From positions 45,694,001 through 45,758,000 of the forward strand of contig NC_083228.1 of the NCBI RefSeq assembly GCF_032191835.1: 64,000 nt of DNA. The letters are read 5' to 3'. The stretch comes from Heteronotia binoei. Its lineage: Eukaryota. Below, piece after piece: positions 12,397 through 26,449 of the stretch (positions are counted from its first letter, which is position 1; each line of letters begins with the position of its first letter). Below the pieces are notes generated by a model. That model did not search any database, had not been told where the DNA came from, and saw only the letters and a list, made by a program, of their open reading frames with translations. The position numbers and the translations under genes are program-made.

Positions 12397-13019
12397 TCTG
12401 TTGTTATGGCCACATGCTTATTTCCACACCGCATACCAGATTGCACTGACTCATAGGAAATAAAGAAGGGGTAGGCAATAAGTCTATCCTACACCTGTCC
12501 TTGGCTGCTGTTATTTTATGGTTCATCAAGTACTCATTTATTTTATGGGTCTTTTCCTCTATTATTTACACCATCTCCTTTGCACAGTTCTAGCACCTGT
12601 ACTCTCCCTTATCCTACCTGGATTTTGAAGACTAATGTATAAATATTCTTAATCTTCGTAGTGTAAAATAATGTGACTGATGAGGTGACACCTTCATTAG
12701 TTTGAACCTAATATTTCATATGTTGCCAGCAAAGTCAGAAAATACGGATGATGAAGACATGTCTTCATAAGGGTTGATACATTATCCTATTTCACGGAAA
12801 AGGGAAATGGTGGTTGCCTTTTAAGACACAAGAACCATCACTGCATTCTGCGTATTAGGATATGAGGCATCTGTATTTCTTAAACAAATTCAAGCAATGG
12901 AAAATTAGTGTTGTCCATTTCAAAATCCTAAATAGCTTTTGCTGGAGCAGATTCCCATATATATATACACAGCACAAAGCAATACATAATTGCTCAATCC
13001 AACTTGAAGTATAGGCAAT

Positions 13020-13660
13020 GGGCCTCACCACACATTCCCCACTGATTCGTCCCTTTGCTGCCCTTGCCCAGTACCCATCAACCCTGTGGCAGGCTGACCT
13101 TGTCCCCACCCCATTGAGAGCCCCCTAGGCGTGGGTGCTGCCAAGGCCGGTGGTGGTCCACTGGCTGCCCCTACCCCACTCACCCCCAAGGACTCACTGC
13201 TTAGTGTCCATTTTCCTGTTGCTGCTCCTGCGTCTGTTGTCTCCTTAACTGCCTCGTCCTCCGACTCCTGCAGCTGGGCCAACCTGGCATAGAGGGCTTG
13301 CCGCTCCTGCTTGCATGCCATAGACCTGGTGCATTTATCAGGGGCGGCTGCCTTAGATGTGCCAGTATCGCTCCTCTTACGCTTCTCAGCCTTGGCTCTT
13401 TCCATGGCCTCGATCTTGGCTGCCAGGTTCCACAATGAGGGCCCTTCCTCATCCTCTGAGGAGGATAGGGCTACTGGCACCCGTCTGGGAGCCCTCTTAG
13501 CCAGGCCACCCTTCTTCTGTACTGCCTTCTTGGCTGGCATTCTGCGTCTGATGGGGAAAAAGAGGGGGGGAGGGTGGCCAAAATTAATAAAGCATAATAT
13601 GCAGTAAGCCATCGGGTCCTGGTCCCCTGCTCCAGCAACAGCCCCCTCCCACATCAGTAG
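13020..13660 (-). mobile_element. 5' fragment (leader plus gag N-terminus) of a DIRS/Ngaro-like element
   Basis: ORF MPAKKAVQKKGG...SSSEDEEGPSLWNLAAKIEAME...ALYARLAQLQE. Its basic start, acidic patch and L-x-x-L-x-x-L-Q helix parallel the gag N-terminus at 37430-37720. Confidence 0.6.
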
Positions 13661-13761
13661 TCTGGCACTTTAGCCAGTGCTGTAAGACTGCCCTGGCAGC
13701 CCTAACAATGCAAGTTCAGTTGTAGGGATGCTGGGTCCATGCTGGGAAATTACCTGGGGAC

Positions 13762-14014
13762 CAGTGCTCCCTCTAAGCTGAGTTAGCATGAGCTAGTTTT
13801 AATTCTTATTCACATTCTAATTCTCATTCTCCTTTTTAGCATTATTATTTAGCCTCCTGCTATGCGTTTGTCATAGCTCAGGAAGGGTGACCCCAGAGCA
13901 CAATAATTTATGCAGTAGCTCGCGACTTCACTGCTAGCGACTTACAACTTTAATACTAGTAACTCACAAAGTAGAATTTTGCTCATAAGACTCTACAGCT
14001 GGGAGGGAACATTG
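13762..14014. mobile_element. hAT MITE (CAGTGTTCCCTCT family)
   Basis: CAGTGCTCCCTCTAAG...GGAGGGAACATTG. TSD CTGGGGAC/CTGGCGAC. Other copies at 53882 and 61183. Confidence 0.85.
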
Positions 14015-14673
14015 CTGGCGACTTGTGGGGTAAATGCAGGGGCGGGCAGGGTTTGTGGAGGCGAGGGTCCTTGGCCAGGTACCATTCTCCAAGGTCCGCC
14101 ATCAAAGCATCTAGTTTCTCCAGCAGAGCCAACCCTTGCCAGTTGGTGCTTAGTTGTAAAAGTGGACAATCTCCAGGCCACCCCTGGAGGTTGCCACCCC
14201 TCACTGTGATAGTGTCGAGATGCCCTGTATGAACCTGGGATCCTCTTTGATGGCTGCCAGAGCACTGCCACTGATCCCAAACCCGTGGGAGGAATAGATC
14301 TCTGCCATCTGGTTAAAAGCCCTGCCTGAAGGTTGGCAACCCCAGCTGCAGCCATGTCCAGGGGCCTAATGCTGAGCCAGACCCTTAGCCCTTCTAGGTG
14401 GTATTTCCCCTCCTGTAGCCCCCTCCCTGCCAACCTTTTTGTTGCTGAACTGAAGATGCCTCAGAACTGAAGATGCCTTTGCTGCACCAGTTCCTGCAGC
14501 AATTTATTTGGCTCCCCCCACTCTCCTTCAGGCTCCTGTTAACCCAGGATTGCTCCTGCTCAGCCACAGCTGCAGAGTTAGGTGGCTGCTGAGAAATGTG
14601 CTTTCTTTGGCCTGTGACTTCAGCTTCCAGTTGGCCCCTGGGCAAGCTGGGGGGTGGCTTTCGTCTTTGGGAA

Positions 14674-14795
14674 GTAGACAAGTGCACCTTTAAGACCAAC
14701 TAAGTTTTATTCAGAATGTAAGCTTTCTTATGCTCTTAAGCAGAGTTGTCTCCTGCTTTGTTCTATTGCTTCAGACCAACATGGCTGCCTACTGG
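14674..14795. repeat. Penelope-like terminal fragments (tentative)
   Basis: GCACCTTTAAGACCAACTAAGTTTTATTCAG and TTGCTTCAGACCAACATGGCT blocks shared with 4885 and 36575. Confidence 0.5.
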
Positions 14796-17700
14796 GATCT
14801 ATTCTTTGGGAAGTGTATTCTTCCCTCTGCTTGGCTTCCCCAGGTAGGGAAAAGCTCACTCCCCCTTCATGAAATAGCATCCCTGCCTCAAGCCCCAGCT
14901 TCTCAAGAGAATGTGCTCTCCAGCTCACACAGTTCCCATATGCTAAAAGCGCAAGGATTGTGCAAAATGACTGTAGAAAGGCTGGAAGGGGGAAGAGAGA
15001 GAGGCGCTGGTTCCAGCTGCTTTTCCCCTCACCTGCGCTCCAACTCTGCATGCAGCACTTCATGGCTGCTTTGTCATGGGCGCACCTGCCTCTTTGGCTG
15101 CCAGACTCTGCATGGGGAAGGGGGCTGCCATCTGCTTCATTTGCCCCTGCTCCTCCCCCCCCACTGCCCCTGCAACGGCCACGCCTGCTGGACAAGTTTC
15201 CCCTAAGGGAAAGGGGAGGTTGCCTTGTTGCCTGCAGCAGCGTAGCGACCGAGGGGAAGGGAAGGAGAAAGTGCCGCCATTTGCCTTACGCCAGTGGTGA
15301 CCTCGAGACCCCTCATGAGGAAGTGGGTGCTTGCCACCAGTCTCCCTCCTCCCCTGCTTGCCCTGGCTATGTCCCGCCCGAGTGCCCTGTTGCCATTGCT
15401 ACAAACTACGGGCCTGAAAGTGCCTGCCACCTGTAGAGGCAGAGAGCCTGGGAAGGAAAAGGGGTCCCTTAAGCCTCGTTCATGCTCTGGCACCCACTTT
15501 GGCCGACTCTCCCGCAGGCAAGTGCCTCCAGCGAGAGACTACCTTGGTGGGGAAAAACCACTCCCAAGGCTGCCCCTCTTCCCCCAAAAGTTGCTGAGCT
15601 TCCCTTGGGACCTTCCCCTGGAGTCCCTCCAACCTCACAAATCCACTGTAATAACACCACATGGCCCGACGAGAGCTCCATCTGCAATGTGCATGTCTGT
15701 TTCCAAGCTTGCTTTGGGAGAGACTGATCCAGTAATGGCATTCGCCGCCCTACCTGGCCAGCCAGTCACCTCCCAGATTGGCTAGATCTCCCGTGCCATA
15801 TCTGAATAGGCTCATTCAACCCCTTGTGGTTTCATTTGAGAAAATGGGGTGTGGTCAATCTCCGCGGCTGCTCTATGTCACCCACTGGATTTTATAATAT
15901 ACCCATTAATCTTGATTGTGTAATATCTAATGCTAAAAGAATCTATCCTCTGCAAGCCAGCACATTAAGCTTTTCAATGACAGCTTTGTATCCATTTATT
16001 CTTTTGCATAAGGACTGTCCTGTATATCTAAGATATAATAGAGAGTAGCTGGACATTGCTGATATATGATGGCATTTATTAAGGTGGAGGACGGACAAGA
16101 GGATGAACCTAAGACAATATGACTTATGCTACTGGGTTCTGTAATAACGTTGTCCAGTTATATGTGGGGAGAAAGCTGACATATCGGTTTGTTACAGGTT
16201 TTGTTTCATCTTTACATTCATCTCTAAGACATGTTTCAGAATCCACCAGGAATCCTGGAAGGTTTTTACTTCCTCCTTCAAGATGACTGTGTCTTTATTT
16301 TCTATGTTGTTTGATACTGCTGAGGTTCTTCCCACTATGGAAAGCATTAGAATGGTGGGAACATCCAATATAATGACTTACTTTTTCAAGGCTTATGCCC
16401 GATAATATACTAGCATGCAGTTTGAGAATCATTAGCTTACCTGCTGTATGCTTTACTAGACTGCATTGGTTTATTCTTATGGTGACTCTTTTTTATTTTT
16501 AAGAAGTCTAATAAAAGTTTCAAACCTTAAGTGGAATGGACAATGGTATAGATCATAACACGTATTTATTCATTTTCTCTTCAGAAGAAAATGAAGACCT
16601 TTTCTGCCCATTGTTTTAGGTCCACCTGTGGCTGAAAACAGAATATTTCCAGAATGGCATTACTGTGAAGTATCAGCATGTTTACATTATTGGATATTTA
16701 TCTTAACTGAGAAACAGCTGTGTGATGGGGCAGATGCTGTTACACTTTGAAAGAAATGGCACTCTACATCTACTGTGCTGCTAATCAATTGGATGTCAGT
16801 TCTGATCAGTGATGCTCTGATAACAGGTAAGTAAAGAACACAATAAGAGTGCAGAAGCTTCAAAGGTATATTTACTAACACAGCAGTATGAATCACATGA
16901 CATATCTGTAAAACACATAGATGGTTAGTGGGTATAAACGTTAACTATCACAGCTTGTACATTTAAAGGTGCTCTGCATACATTCAGGTGAACATGCACA
17001 GGGTGGGAATTGGGAAACTGTATACTTGATTGTGGCTGGACGGTAGGCTAATGTCCTTTGCACATGTTATTCTGCCCATGAAGAATACAGAGCTAACACA
17101 AACCATGAATAAAAAATGCAACCTGTTACAGAGTTTGGCTGTTCTTAGAGTTTCATCCTAAACAGAGGTAACCCTTATAGGTCTGTCGATTTAATTGATC
17201 TTAAAAGGGCATAAATCTGCTTAGGGTGGCTCTCTAATTGACCTTGACTCAGTCTTTTTTCTTGCCTGCTTCACGCTGCAGGGTGGGGAGGAGCTTACAA
17301 TGAAATATGCCTGGTCAGAGTAGACTGGTAAGACCTTGATTAGGATGACAGGTTTGGTGCAGGCTCGTTAATATAACAATATTGGTAACTATCCTGAAGT
17401 ATTTTAAGATAGGGGGAGGTAACTAAACTGGACCCATTCAGCTGTCCAGTCCAAGAATTTGGGCGAGGAAGGAACTTTCTTGGTGCTGTCATTAACACCT
17501 GAACTTCCAGCTGACTGTTATAGAGGAATAACCTTTATTGATAGTATCTTGCATTACAATTTCGATGTGCAGGCAAGGACAAGTGAAGAACAGCTGTGTA
17601 GCAGTCCTGGATGGCCCAAACACTGTAGAACCTCTTAGGGTGAAGGAACAAAAAGAGGGGAAGAAAAAACTTAACCCCAAAAGATGAATTAAGAACCTAG

Positions 17701-18773
17701 AAAGTTAAATGAATCCAAATCAACAGGCCCAATATTTAACTAAATTTAAAAAATGCAAGTATATATTGCAAGATATTTTTTAAAATGTTACAGGATATAG
17801 TACAGCCTCAATTTAGATTAAAACATGCAGTACTCACAAAGACCTTATGTGACCCTGAACAAATGGGTTTCAGCCTTATGGTCTTTTTCAGTGGTCAGGC
17901 ATTAACAATTATACAATGGTTCCAGACACTAAAGAAATATTACAATCATAAATCAATATAGGGCAATGTTGGGATTCTGTCTTCATCAATATTCATGGCT
18001 TTACGCATAGATATGCTAAGGAGGCCTCATTTGAAATCACCTCCTGCCCAAATCTGGTGCATGTATCCTGAATGGTAGTTCAATTGTGTACCATCCTAAT
18101 ATTGGTCCAAGGAACTCAATCCAAAGTGCAGTATGGAACCCTGTTTCAGTATGATATTTTATTGCTGGCTCAGCCCAGGAACTCCAGGGAATTGTTGGGA
18201 TTTCTGTTTAAATTAAACTACTAAAATGGCATTTCAGACATTTTAAAATTCAAAATTAAGTAAATATTTTATTCAACATAGAGGAGAAAGGCCAGGTGAA
18301 ATCATGGTTTGAACTTTCTGAAGTAACTCAATATAGATAACGTGAAGGTAAAAATAGTACATGCACAGAGTTTAGTTCTTATGTTTCAGGCTAATGAGTT
18401 TCGTAAGCTATTCTCAGTTACTTTATGTTGAGAGGCTTTTGTTCAAATGTTTTCCCAAACACTCCAGTACACTTTCTTTGAATATTCTCTGGATCTTTGT
18501 TTTCAGAAGGCTGATACACTATTTCCAGTACCCAAATCCCTTCTCTTGAAACACCAGTACTTGTCTTGAGTTTTTAACTGACTCTCAAGGTCTCCAAAGG
18601 CAGTTTCTAACCACACCAGATCAGGGAACTCATCACTCTTCAGAGCTAAGTCCCCATTTGATTGGGTAGGGAAGTTGTCTCACTAGAAGATCAATTCCCT
18701 TTCTTTGACCCAAATGGGAGTCTTTGCCTACATCCCAAACTTCCTTGCCAATTCCTTCCCCCCAGTTCTCCAT

Positions 18774-18954
18774 GGCCGATTTCGCACTAGAGCTTTAATC
18801 CTGGTTTAACTCTATCCCCAAACTGACTTTCTACACTAGAATCATAGAGTCAGAGAAACCAACTTTATGACTCTATGATTCTATGGTTTTAGTGTAGAAA
18901 GTCAGTTTGGGGACAAAGTTAAATCAGGATTAAAGCTCTAGTGCGAAATCGGCC
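18774..18954. mobile_element. Palindromic MITE with 3-bp TSD (PIF/Harbinger-like)
   Basis: TIR GGCCGATTTCGCACTAGAGCTTTAATCCTG / CAGGATTAAAGCTCTAGTGCGAAATCGGCC. TSD CAT. Confidence 0.85.
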
Positions 18955-19620
18955 CATCTGTGTTAAACTGCTCTCATCTAAGGCTGAAATCAGACCCAAT
19001 TCTCATCATCCAGTTCAATCGTTGTCTGTTCAGCTAATGCTAATCAATCAGATTTCTTGGAACAGCCTGTCACTCAAGGCTCTCTGGCTCTGTGAAGAAA
19101 ATGCATCACAATCCTGTAGCTGTTTGTATAGCACTTCTAAGCTTTTTAAAAGTACAATCCATCACAGTAACAGTAAAACATTTTTATCACATGCTCTTTC
19201 ATAATGAGGCAAGAGCCTTGCACCTGTTAGAAAATCTGCCAAATCCAGGTTTTTTCCTAGTGAGTCAATACTCATTTGCAGTCAACACTTATCTTAATTA
19301 ACCCAGCATAATTAACACAGTATGGGAGAAATTCCTAGATAAGTGGCAGTTTGAATCTTATCATATGCATAAGCTGGCAGCTAATAAATTGAAAAGGTGC
19401 CTTAATTGATATATGGGCCCCAGGAGATTCTTATGTGTCCTGAGGAGAGCAATGCGTTCAGGGATATTACTAATATATATTCGGGTAATCCCACAGTGTG
19501 TGTACCTGCTCTGATATCCCAATTCTGTAACACATTCAGAGATGACCTTTAATTTTTATTGATGTAGGTAACAAAGAATAGGCCAGCTAGACACATCTGG
19601 CTGTCTTATCTTGCACTCTC

Positions 19621-20587
19621 GGCTTGGCTTCGCGAACGAAGATTTAAGAAGGGTGCAATAGTCCATGTTTGCTGCAGGCTCGCTGGTGGCTGACAAGACC
19701 AATGTGGGACAGGCAGGTCCGGCCACAGCGGCTGCAGGGAAAAGTCTGATTTAGGGTTGGTCCTGTAGCAGTGCGATTCTTCCTCAATCTCCTTTTGTCC
19801 TCAAGACCAGCTATGCGTGTGTTCTCAAAGGAAGAGACAGCCTGGTGGATGGTGTGCCTCCATGCTTTGCGATCTGAGGCTAGGTCAGACCACTGGTGAT
19901 GGTTGATGTGACAGGTGCTAAGGGATTTCTTCAAGGAGTCCTTGTACCTCTTCTTTGGTGCCCCTCTATTTCGATGGCCGGTGGAGAGTTCGCCATACAG
20001 GGCAATCTTGGGAAGGCGGTGGTTTTCCATCCTAGAAATATGCCCTGCCCAGCGCAGCTGCGTCTTCAACAGCAGTGCCTCGATGCTGGTAACCTCTGCC
20101 CGCTTGAGGACTTCAGTGTTGGTCACAAAGTCACTCCAGTGGATGTTGAGGATGGTGCGAAGGCAGCGCTGATGAAAGCGCTCAAGGAGTCGCAGGTGAT
20201 GACGGTATAAAACCCACGATTCGGAGCCATAGATGAGGGTTGTCATCACAACCGCTTTGTAAACATTGATCTTTGTGCCTTTTTTCAGATGCTTGTTGCT
20301 CCACACTCTTTTGTGCAGTCGGCCAAATGCACGGTTTGCCTTTGCCAGCCTGTTGTCAATCTCCTTGTCGATCTTGGCATCTGAGGAGATGATGCACCCC
20401 AGGTAGCTGAACTGCTGGACTGTCTTCAGAACTGATTCACCCACAGTGATGCAGGGAGGGTGATAATCTTCCTGGGGTGCAGGCTGGTGGAGAACTTCTG
20501 TCTTCTTCAGACTAACTTCTAGGCCGAATAGCTTGGCAGCCTCTGCAAAGCAGGACGTCATATGCTGCAGAGCTGATACCGAGTGGG
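19621..20587 (-). mobile_element. RTE-clade LINE, 5'-truncated, ORF intact over 305 aa
   Basis: FSYLGCIIS, QLRWAGHISRM and RGAPKKRYKD motifs, C-terminal CxxC...H...C finger, and short 3' UTR TCTTCGTTCGCGAAGCCAAGCC. Confidence 0.95.
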
Positions 20588-22559
20588 AGAGGTATAGAGG
20601 TAAAGAAGCACCACTAAAGCAATACTAGGCTTCCTGCTGTTTGTATTGTATTGTGCATGTGCCTTCAAGAACACTTTTTCTTTGACAACTCCTTCATGAC
20701 TGATATGGCCCATTTCTAGAGAGTTACTTAAGTGACAAGCGAGTAAGGTATCTTGAGGCATTTTCATCAGATCTATTAGGGGAGCAGTGGAGGAGAAATT
20801 TTATTGGAACTTTGCTGCACTCAAACTGTGCCTCAGATTTGCTGCCAAAGGTAGAATTTACCAGATTACTGAGTCAACTTCAAATTACATTAAATCCCCC
20901 AAGACATGGTGTAAAGTATTTTACAAACTAGTACTTGGGTATTTAAAGCTTTATTTGCCCCCATACAATGAGGGATGGTTTGTTTGTTTTTCCTTTTCAG
21001 GCTCTCCTTCATGTTCCATCTGTCTTCTGAGCTGAGGAATGGGGCAATGAAAAACAGAGACTTTTCAGGGGCTGCACCCCCACCTTTGGAACTACTCTCT
21101 ATTTTCACATGTATTTCATTTTTACTTGGCGTGTTTCAGCAGAAACCAGAACTTCTTTATTTCAGCTGGCTTTTAATTGAGAGCTTTGTTCCTGGTTGAC
21201 TGTATTTTGCATTTCAGTTTGTTACTCTCTGTGGGTTTAATTATTGCAGTTGTGCTACTGCTCTTATTGTTTTTTAAAAGAAAACCCGTTTCTTGAATGT
21301 TTAAAATATATTTGGTTCATAGTACTTTATTAAGAATAGTGCTCCAGGACAGCAGTATTTGCACTGCTGAAGAAAACTTTGTGTACCTCATTGGTACACT
21401 TGAATCCCCAAGTGGGGCAAACAGCAGGAAAATGGTACTGAGAGATGGCATGCTACATTTCTTATCTGAACTGAGACCTGGGCATTTGAAAATTGAGTTT
21501 CCAGTAGGGAACTTGCAAGTGCATGTGGATCATTCAAACACTGGAGAAAATCTGAATTTATAGTAAACCCTAATTTAAAATATCATTTATACCCTTACCT
21601 TGTGTGGTCTGGATACTCATCACTTTAAATAATCTACACAATCCTAAAGCAGATTCTCATCTGCCCAAAAATTTAAGAATTTTCAAAAGTATTTTAAATT
21701 GTAGTATTTAAGGTTGGTTGCGGGAAGGTATGGTTAAACTAGAAAGAGATTAAATATTTATTTCTAGCTATCTAATTGGACATTGGGGCAAATCAGGGTA
21801 TTAATTACAGTAACCAAAACTTTTAAAGAAAAAAATCAGATGATTAGCTCTTGGGCTAATGTTTTATTATCTGAAAATATAGTGGTACTGTTCCTAGTTA
21901 ACCATTGTTCCTACACAGCAAGAGTGATAAACAAAAGAAGTGATTAATGTACAATATCAATATAACCAACATTTCTATTGCCACAGCTGCTATCCTTGTA
22001 TGCTGCTATCCTCAGGTGAATCATCCCTTGCCATTTATAATAATTTTTGCATTAAACACGTGGAGAGAAGGTGTGTTCAACAGTGTTGGAAAGGAAAGGG
22101 GAATAACCTTCAAAACTCCTGACCACAAGAGATTTATCTTTTCACTGAATCCTGCATATGTCAGTCTGATTATTTAGAAAATAATCAACTGCTGCTTGAA
22201 ATTCATGGGAGGAAAATGTGTTTATCCCAGAAGTTATACTGAATGATTTAACAAGAACCACGTATACTTTTGGTACTGAATTTTCACAAACATTTTGTAT
22301 TATGTCTTGCAAGAATCTCATTGATCTTTAATAATGCACATTTAATTATGCCATATGCTGTTTTATTATATTTCTTTATTTTGTAAGACATGCCCCCCCC
22401 AGGACATTTGGTTGGAAAAGGCAGGAAAGAAATATTTTTTTTAATTAGTTGATAGAATACTAAATACTAGTAAATGTGCATGCTGAAGGGACCCATGCAA
22501 TTTATGTACAGATATTCTGCCTGTTAACATCATAAACCTCAGTCTTATTACTAATATTA

Positions 22560-22772
22560 TTTATTTACTTCATTTATACCCCACCTTTCTCCCCAATGGG
22601 GACCCAGAGCTGCTTACATTGGTCTGTTCTCCATTTATCCTCACCACAACCAGCAAGGTAGTGTGTGACTTGCCCAAGCTCACCCAGCAAGCTTCCATGG
22701 CAGACCAGGGATTTGAATCTGGGTCTCCAAGATCCTTGTCCAACATTCTCACCAATATATCACACTGGATTT
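22560..22772 (-). mobile_element. tRNA-derived SINE
   Basis: TTTATACCCCACCTTTCTCCCCAATGGGGACCCAGAG tail and GGATTTGAATCTGGGTCTCC B-box-like segment. Confidence 0.75.
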
Positions 22773-25700
22773 TTAATTGTGCATGTTACTCCAAGTTTTC
22801 CCATGACCCCATTTTCACATGATCCAGTGGTATTATATGATCTTCACCCACCGCAACACAGTATTTCATGAAACTGGATGCATACAAACCAGACATGGCC
22901 ACCAGAACTGTCCACTGGGTTGTCTGCAATTCTAGGCTTACATCATAGTTTGTGCATCCAGAGAGGTGCAGTATGGAACCAGAGAGCTGATCATTAGCAT
23001 TTCATTATATTTTCCTTAAACTGCCTTATTTTTAGCAATGTATCAACCAAATTATGAAATTTGTTGATGTTTATAGGTGTTTCTTTTAAAAGTCTGCTTT
23101 GAAGGCGAGGGAAATCAGTTGAAGAAAGCTCATGCACAGTGAGTTGCTTCATCATTTTTGCTTCATTATTTTGTTTTTGAGCAGCATAGTGAGACAACTG
23201 AGGCATTATGACAATCAATACTAATCACTTAATGTGTCTGCATGCTGTGCATGTACGCATCAGAGAAGGCCTCATCTCCTATTTAAAGAATTCTTAATGA
23301 TGCACACTGGGTCTTATTCTTATTCTGACCTTGTTGCCACTTAGATTTGTTGAAAATAGTTCTAGAGATAGGAAGAATTTTGGAACAAGGTCTGGCCCAA
23401 GTCAATCACTTTTCACTTTCCCTGCTGGCATCAATGGAAATTAAGCACATACTAAAGCAATAACTTTTTCTGGATCATTCCTTATGTGTGTCCAGTGACA
23501 ATCACAGTACTAATAATCAGCAACATTGTAAATATGTTGCTCAGACTTATGTACTTCATCCTTTTTCAAAAACACAATGCTACTATAGAGACTGCAGTCT
23601 TAAGTTGAAGGTTGTCCTAGTGGGAAGGGGCTTCTCCTAGTGGCAAGGGCCTTTTCCCTCTGACTACTTTTGTGCTACAGCCCCCTCCCCTAGTTGCACC
23701 TGTGTATGTTCAAATTGGTAGGTGGATTTTCTATAGAAATCCTCTGAGTCCAGGAACAGAACGGCAAATGGAATTCCTCCAGTGATTTTGCACATGCCAA
23801 ACCAGGGCTCCTTCTAATCCAACACTTTGCTTCAAGGCAACAAGATTTACATACCAAGCCTCAACAAATCAATCCACACCATCTCCTAAATAACTTAAAA
23901 CATGACAAGATATGTCAGACAGTAGAGATTAAAAAAGAGAGAAACATGATAACACGTCAGAGCACAATTTTTAGCAGTGCAACCTCTTGTCATTGCAAAA
24001 AGCCTTGTCTTCTGAAAATTAATGAATTATTCTTTAAGGCATCACTCATATAGGTCGTTGGTTTCATTGTTTATTTCCCCCCATCCATTTGCTTTATTTG
24101 GGTTCTGAATAGCTCCAGTAGGTGGCAGTGTTAGGACTAAAGAATCAGTAAGCTAATAGGAACCTGGACTGCTGGGGTTACATTGTATATAGTTACTGAC
24201 TGTTCTAAAATGAATTGCCAGTTGTAAAACATTAATAAAAACTTAGATCTCAGATTCCAAGAGGGGTTTTGCTACTTTCATCCACACAGCAGGAAAAGAG
24301 GGAGAGAGAGATCAAGAAAAGAAGTTCTCCCAAGATTAATGAGCTATTAAGGGCATTTTTGCACAGGTGATATTGGACACAGGAGTGCCTGACACTGATG
24401 TCCTAAGCATGATCTTAATGCTGTGGGTATAGGCAGTGAAGATAACTGAAGGTATTAGCTGTAGTGAAGATCAACTGGAGTATTTGGGTGCATGGCAAAT
24501 GATTGTATTAATACACATGGCAGTGATTTTAATGTATTATGTATTTAATGTATTATGAGCCCGCCTTGGCGGGGTATAAATTGAATTAAACATTAAACAT
24601 AAACATGTCTATGTTCAGAAGCCATAATGAACAGCAGCTGACCGTTGTGTCCTCTGAGGCATCTGGCCACTGTGGGAAACAAGGTGCTAAACTAGATAGC
24701 CCATTGGTCTGATCCAACTGTACAAATCACAAAACAAAATGAACCTCCAATTAGGGCAATCAAATAAACCACGGACCAACACAAACCATATTTTCCTGTT
24801 CTGTGCCATCCGTACAGGAACTATGTACCATGTGACTATAGCATGGCTCCATCCAAAAGAAGTATTTGCTGTGGGCGTAAACAATTTTTATACATCCCTT
24901 TTTATATATTTTGCATACACCTTTTTATATATTTTGCATATACCTGCTCTGTGTTGAAAAATTGGCACAGTTTTATTGTTATTCACTTACTGGTGCATAA
25001 TATTCTTATTTCACTTTCATATGTTACCAATGCAACTATAGTGCAGTGAATGCTATTGCTTTGCCTCATCTAGTCCTTTGGATCATTAATTTTAACCACA
25101 TCTGCTTCACCCTCAGTTGCAATATAAAGCACAATCACATTGTAATTCAGAATGTGTTCCACTCAAATGACAATATTTTAGTGTGCTACACTCACAGCAC
25201 AGTGCAATAACAAGTCATAGTCCCTGGCATTTTGTTTCATAACAAATTCATTGCTGGTCAAAAAAGATCAAGTTGGAATGTAAGCCCTGTAATTACTGAT
25301 AATGCAGTTTGAAATAAACCAGAAATTCGCTGGTGAATCAGTGTCATTGTTGAAAATATTTGTGTGGTGAGATGTCTCAATAAATGGAATGGGAATAAAA
25401 TGGAGTGGGTTATAATAATTTCTTCAGCTCTGCATTTTAAAGTGTGTGAGCAAAAGTGCTGCTTGCTCAGTCACTTCTCTGCAAGTGTTAACAATTATAA
25501 TGGTGACAGAATAAAAATTAGAGTTCTGACAATCTTTTTGAACTGATGCAAGATGCAGCAAAATCTCTAATGCTACACATTTGAAAATCGCCGTACTTCT
25601 GGAGCAGGAGGTAAAAAGAGAGAAGGAAACTAACATCTTCACAGCTTGTTTGTGACTACAAAGCAAGAAGATCAAACACCTTATCTATGTGGGGATTTCC

Positions 25701-26449
25701 TCTGACACTTCCCTGACTTTTGATTTTTTGTGTCTGCTTCAGTCATGCAGTACACTCAAAAACCATGGTCATGAAATGCAGATGGCAGAGGATTTGGGGT
25801 TTTAAACTTCTGCACTCTGTCCCACAAAGATGGGCAGGAACCAGATGGCCAAGCATGCTTTCATTTTCCTTTCATTTCCCCCCAAAAAGATATTTATATT
25901 TAATTCATTCCACCCAGGAGTTAGGGTGACATTTACATGGATTGTAGTCTGATATAGTAAATTTATATTCTGTGGGCACCCAAAGAGGGTGCCCCTATCT
26001 CTCCATTATTCCCCATGGGCCATTGAAGTCAATGGCAAAATAGGGTATAATGAAGTGCGGCTGGGGGGCAGGGGGTTTGAGGTAGAGGCCCCAAATTTGC
26101 AGTTGTGATAGAAAAGGAACGTCTCTCTCTTTGGGAATGTGCCATGTCAGAACCAAGATGTAGAATAAGTATGATGCAATGACAGGTGCCCAAGATACTT
26201 GCTTTTAAAATAAGACTAGAGGTGTTATCTATGCAACTTATTGCCGCATAAGTTAAGTTTCCCTTGAGCAGCCTTGTTTTTTCATCAGCTTCTTTTAAAA
26301 CCCAAGTGCCCCAGTTTCAGTGACAAACAACAAGTGGAGTGTTGAGGGATTCTACACAGGTATTTCTTCTGTGGGGCTGTGGTTCAGTGGGCAGATGCTT
26401 GACATGCAGGAAATCCATGCCCCATCTCTGCTGCATGGCAGTAGTGCAT

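Noticed and set aside
14728-15790. Cluster of overlapping 150-160 aa ORFs on both strands
   Set aside because: GC-rich, stop-poor repeat-like DNA with low-complexity translations and no domain motif.
17510-17570. Possible plus-strand exon DCYRGITFIDSILHYNFDVQ with GC donor
   Set aside because: Unrecognised, non-canonical donor and no partner exons.
21600-21644. 45-nt minus-strand exon candidate with AAG|GTAAGG donor (LCRLFKVMSIQTTQ)
   Set aside because: Plausible signals but no homology recognised, and such hits are expected by chance in 64 kb.
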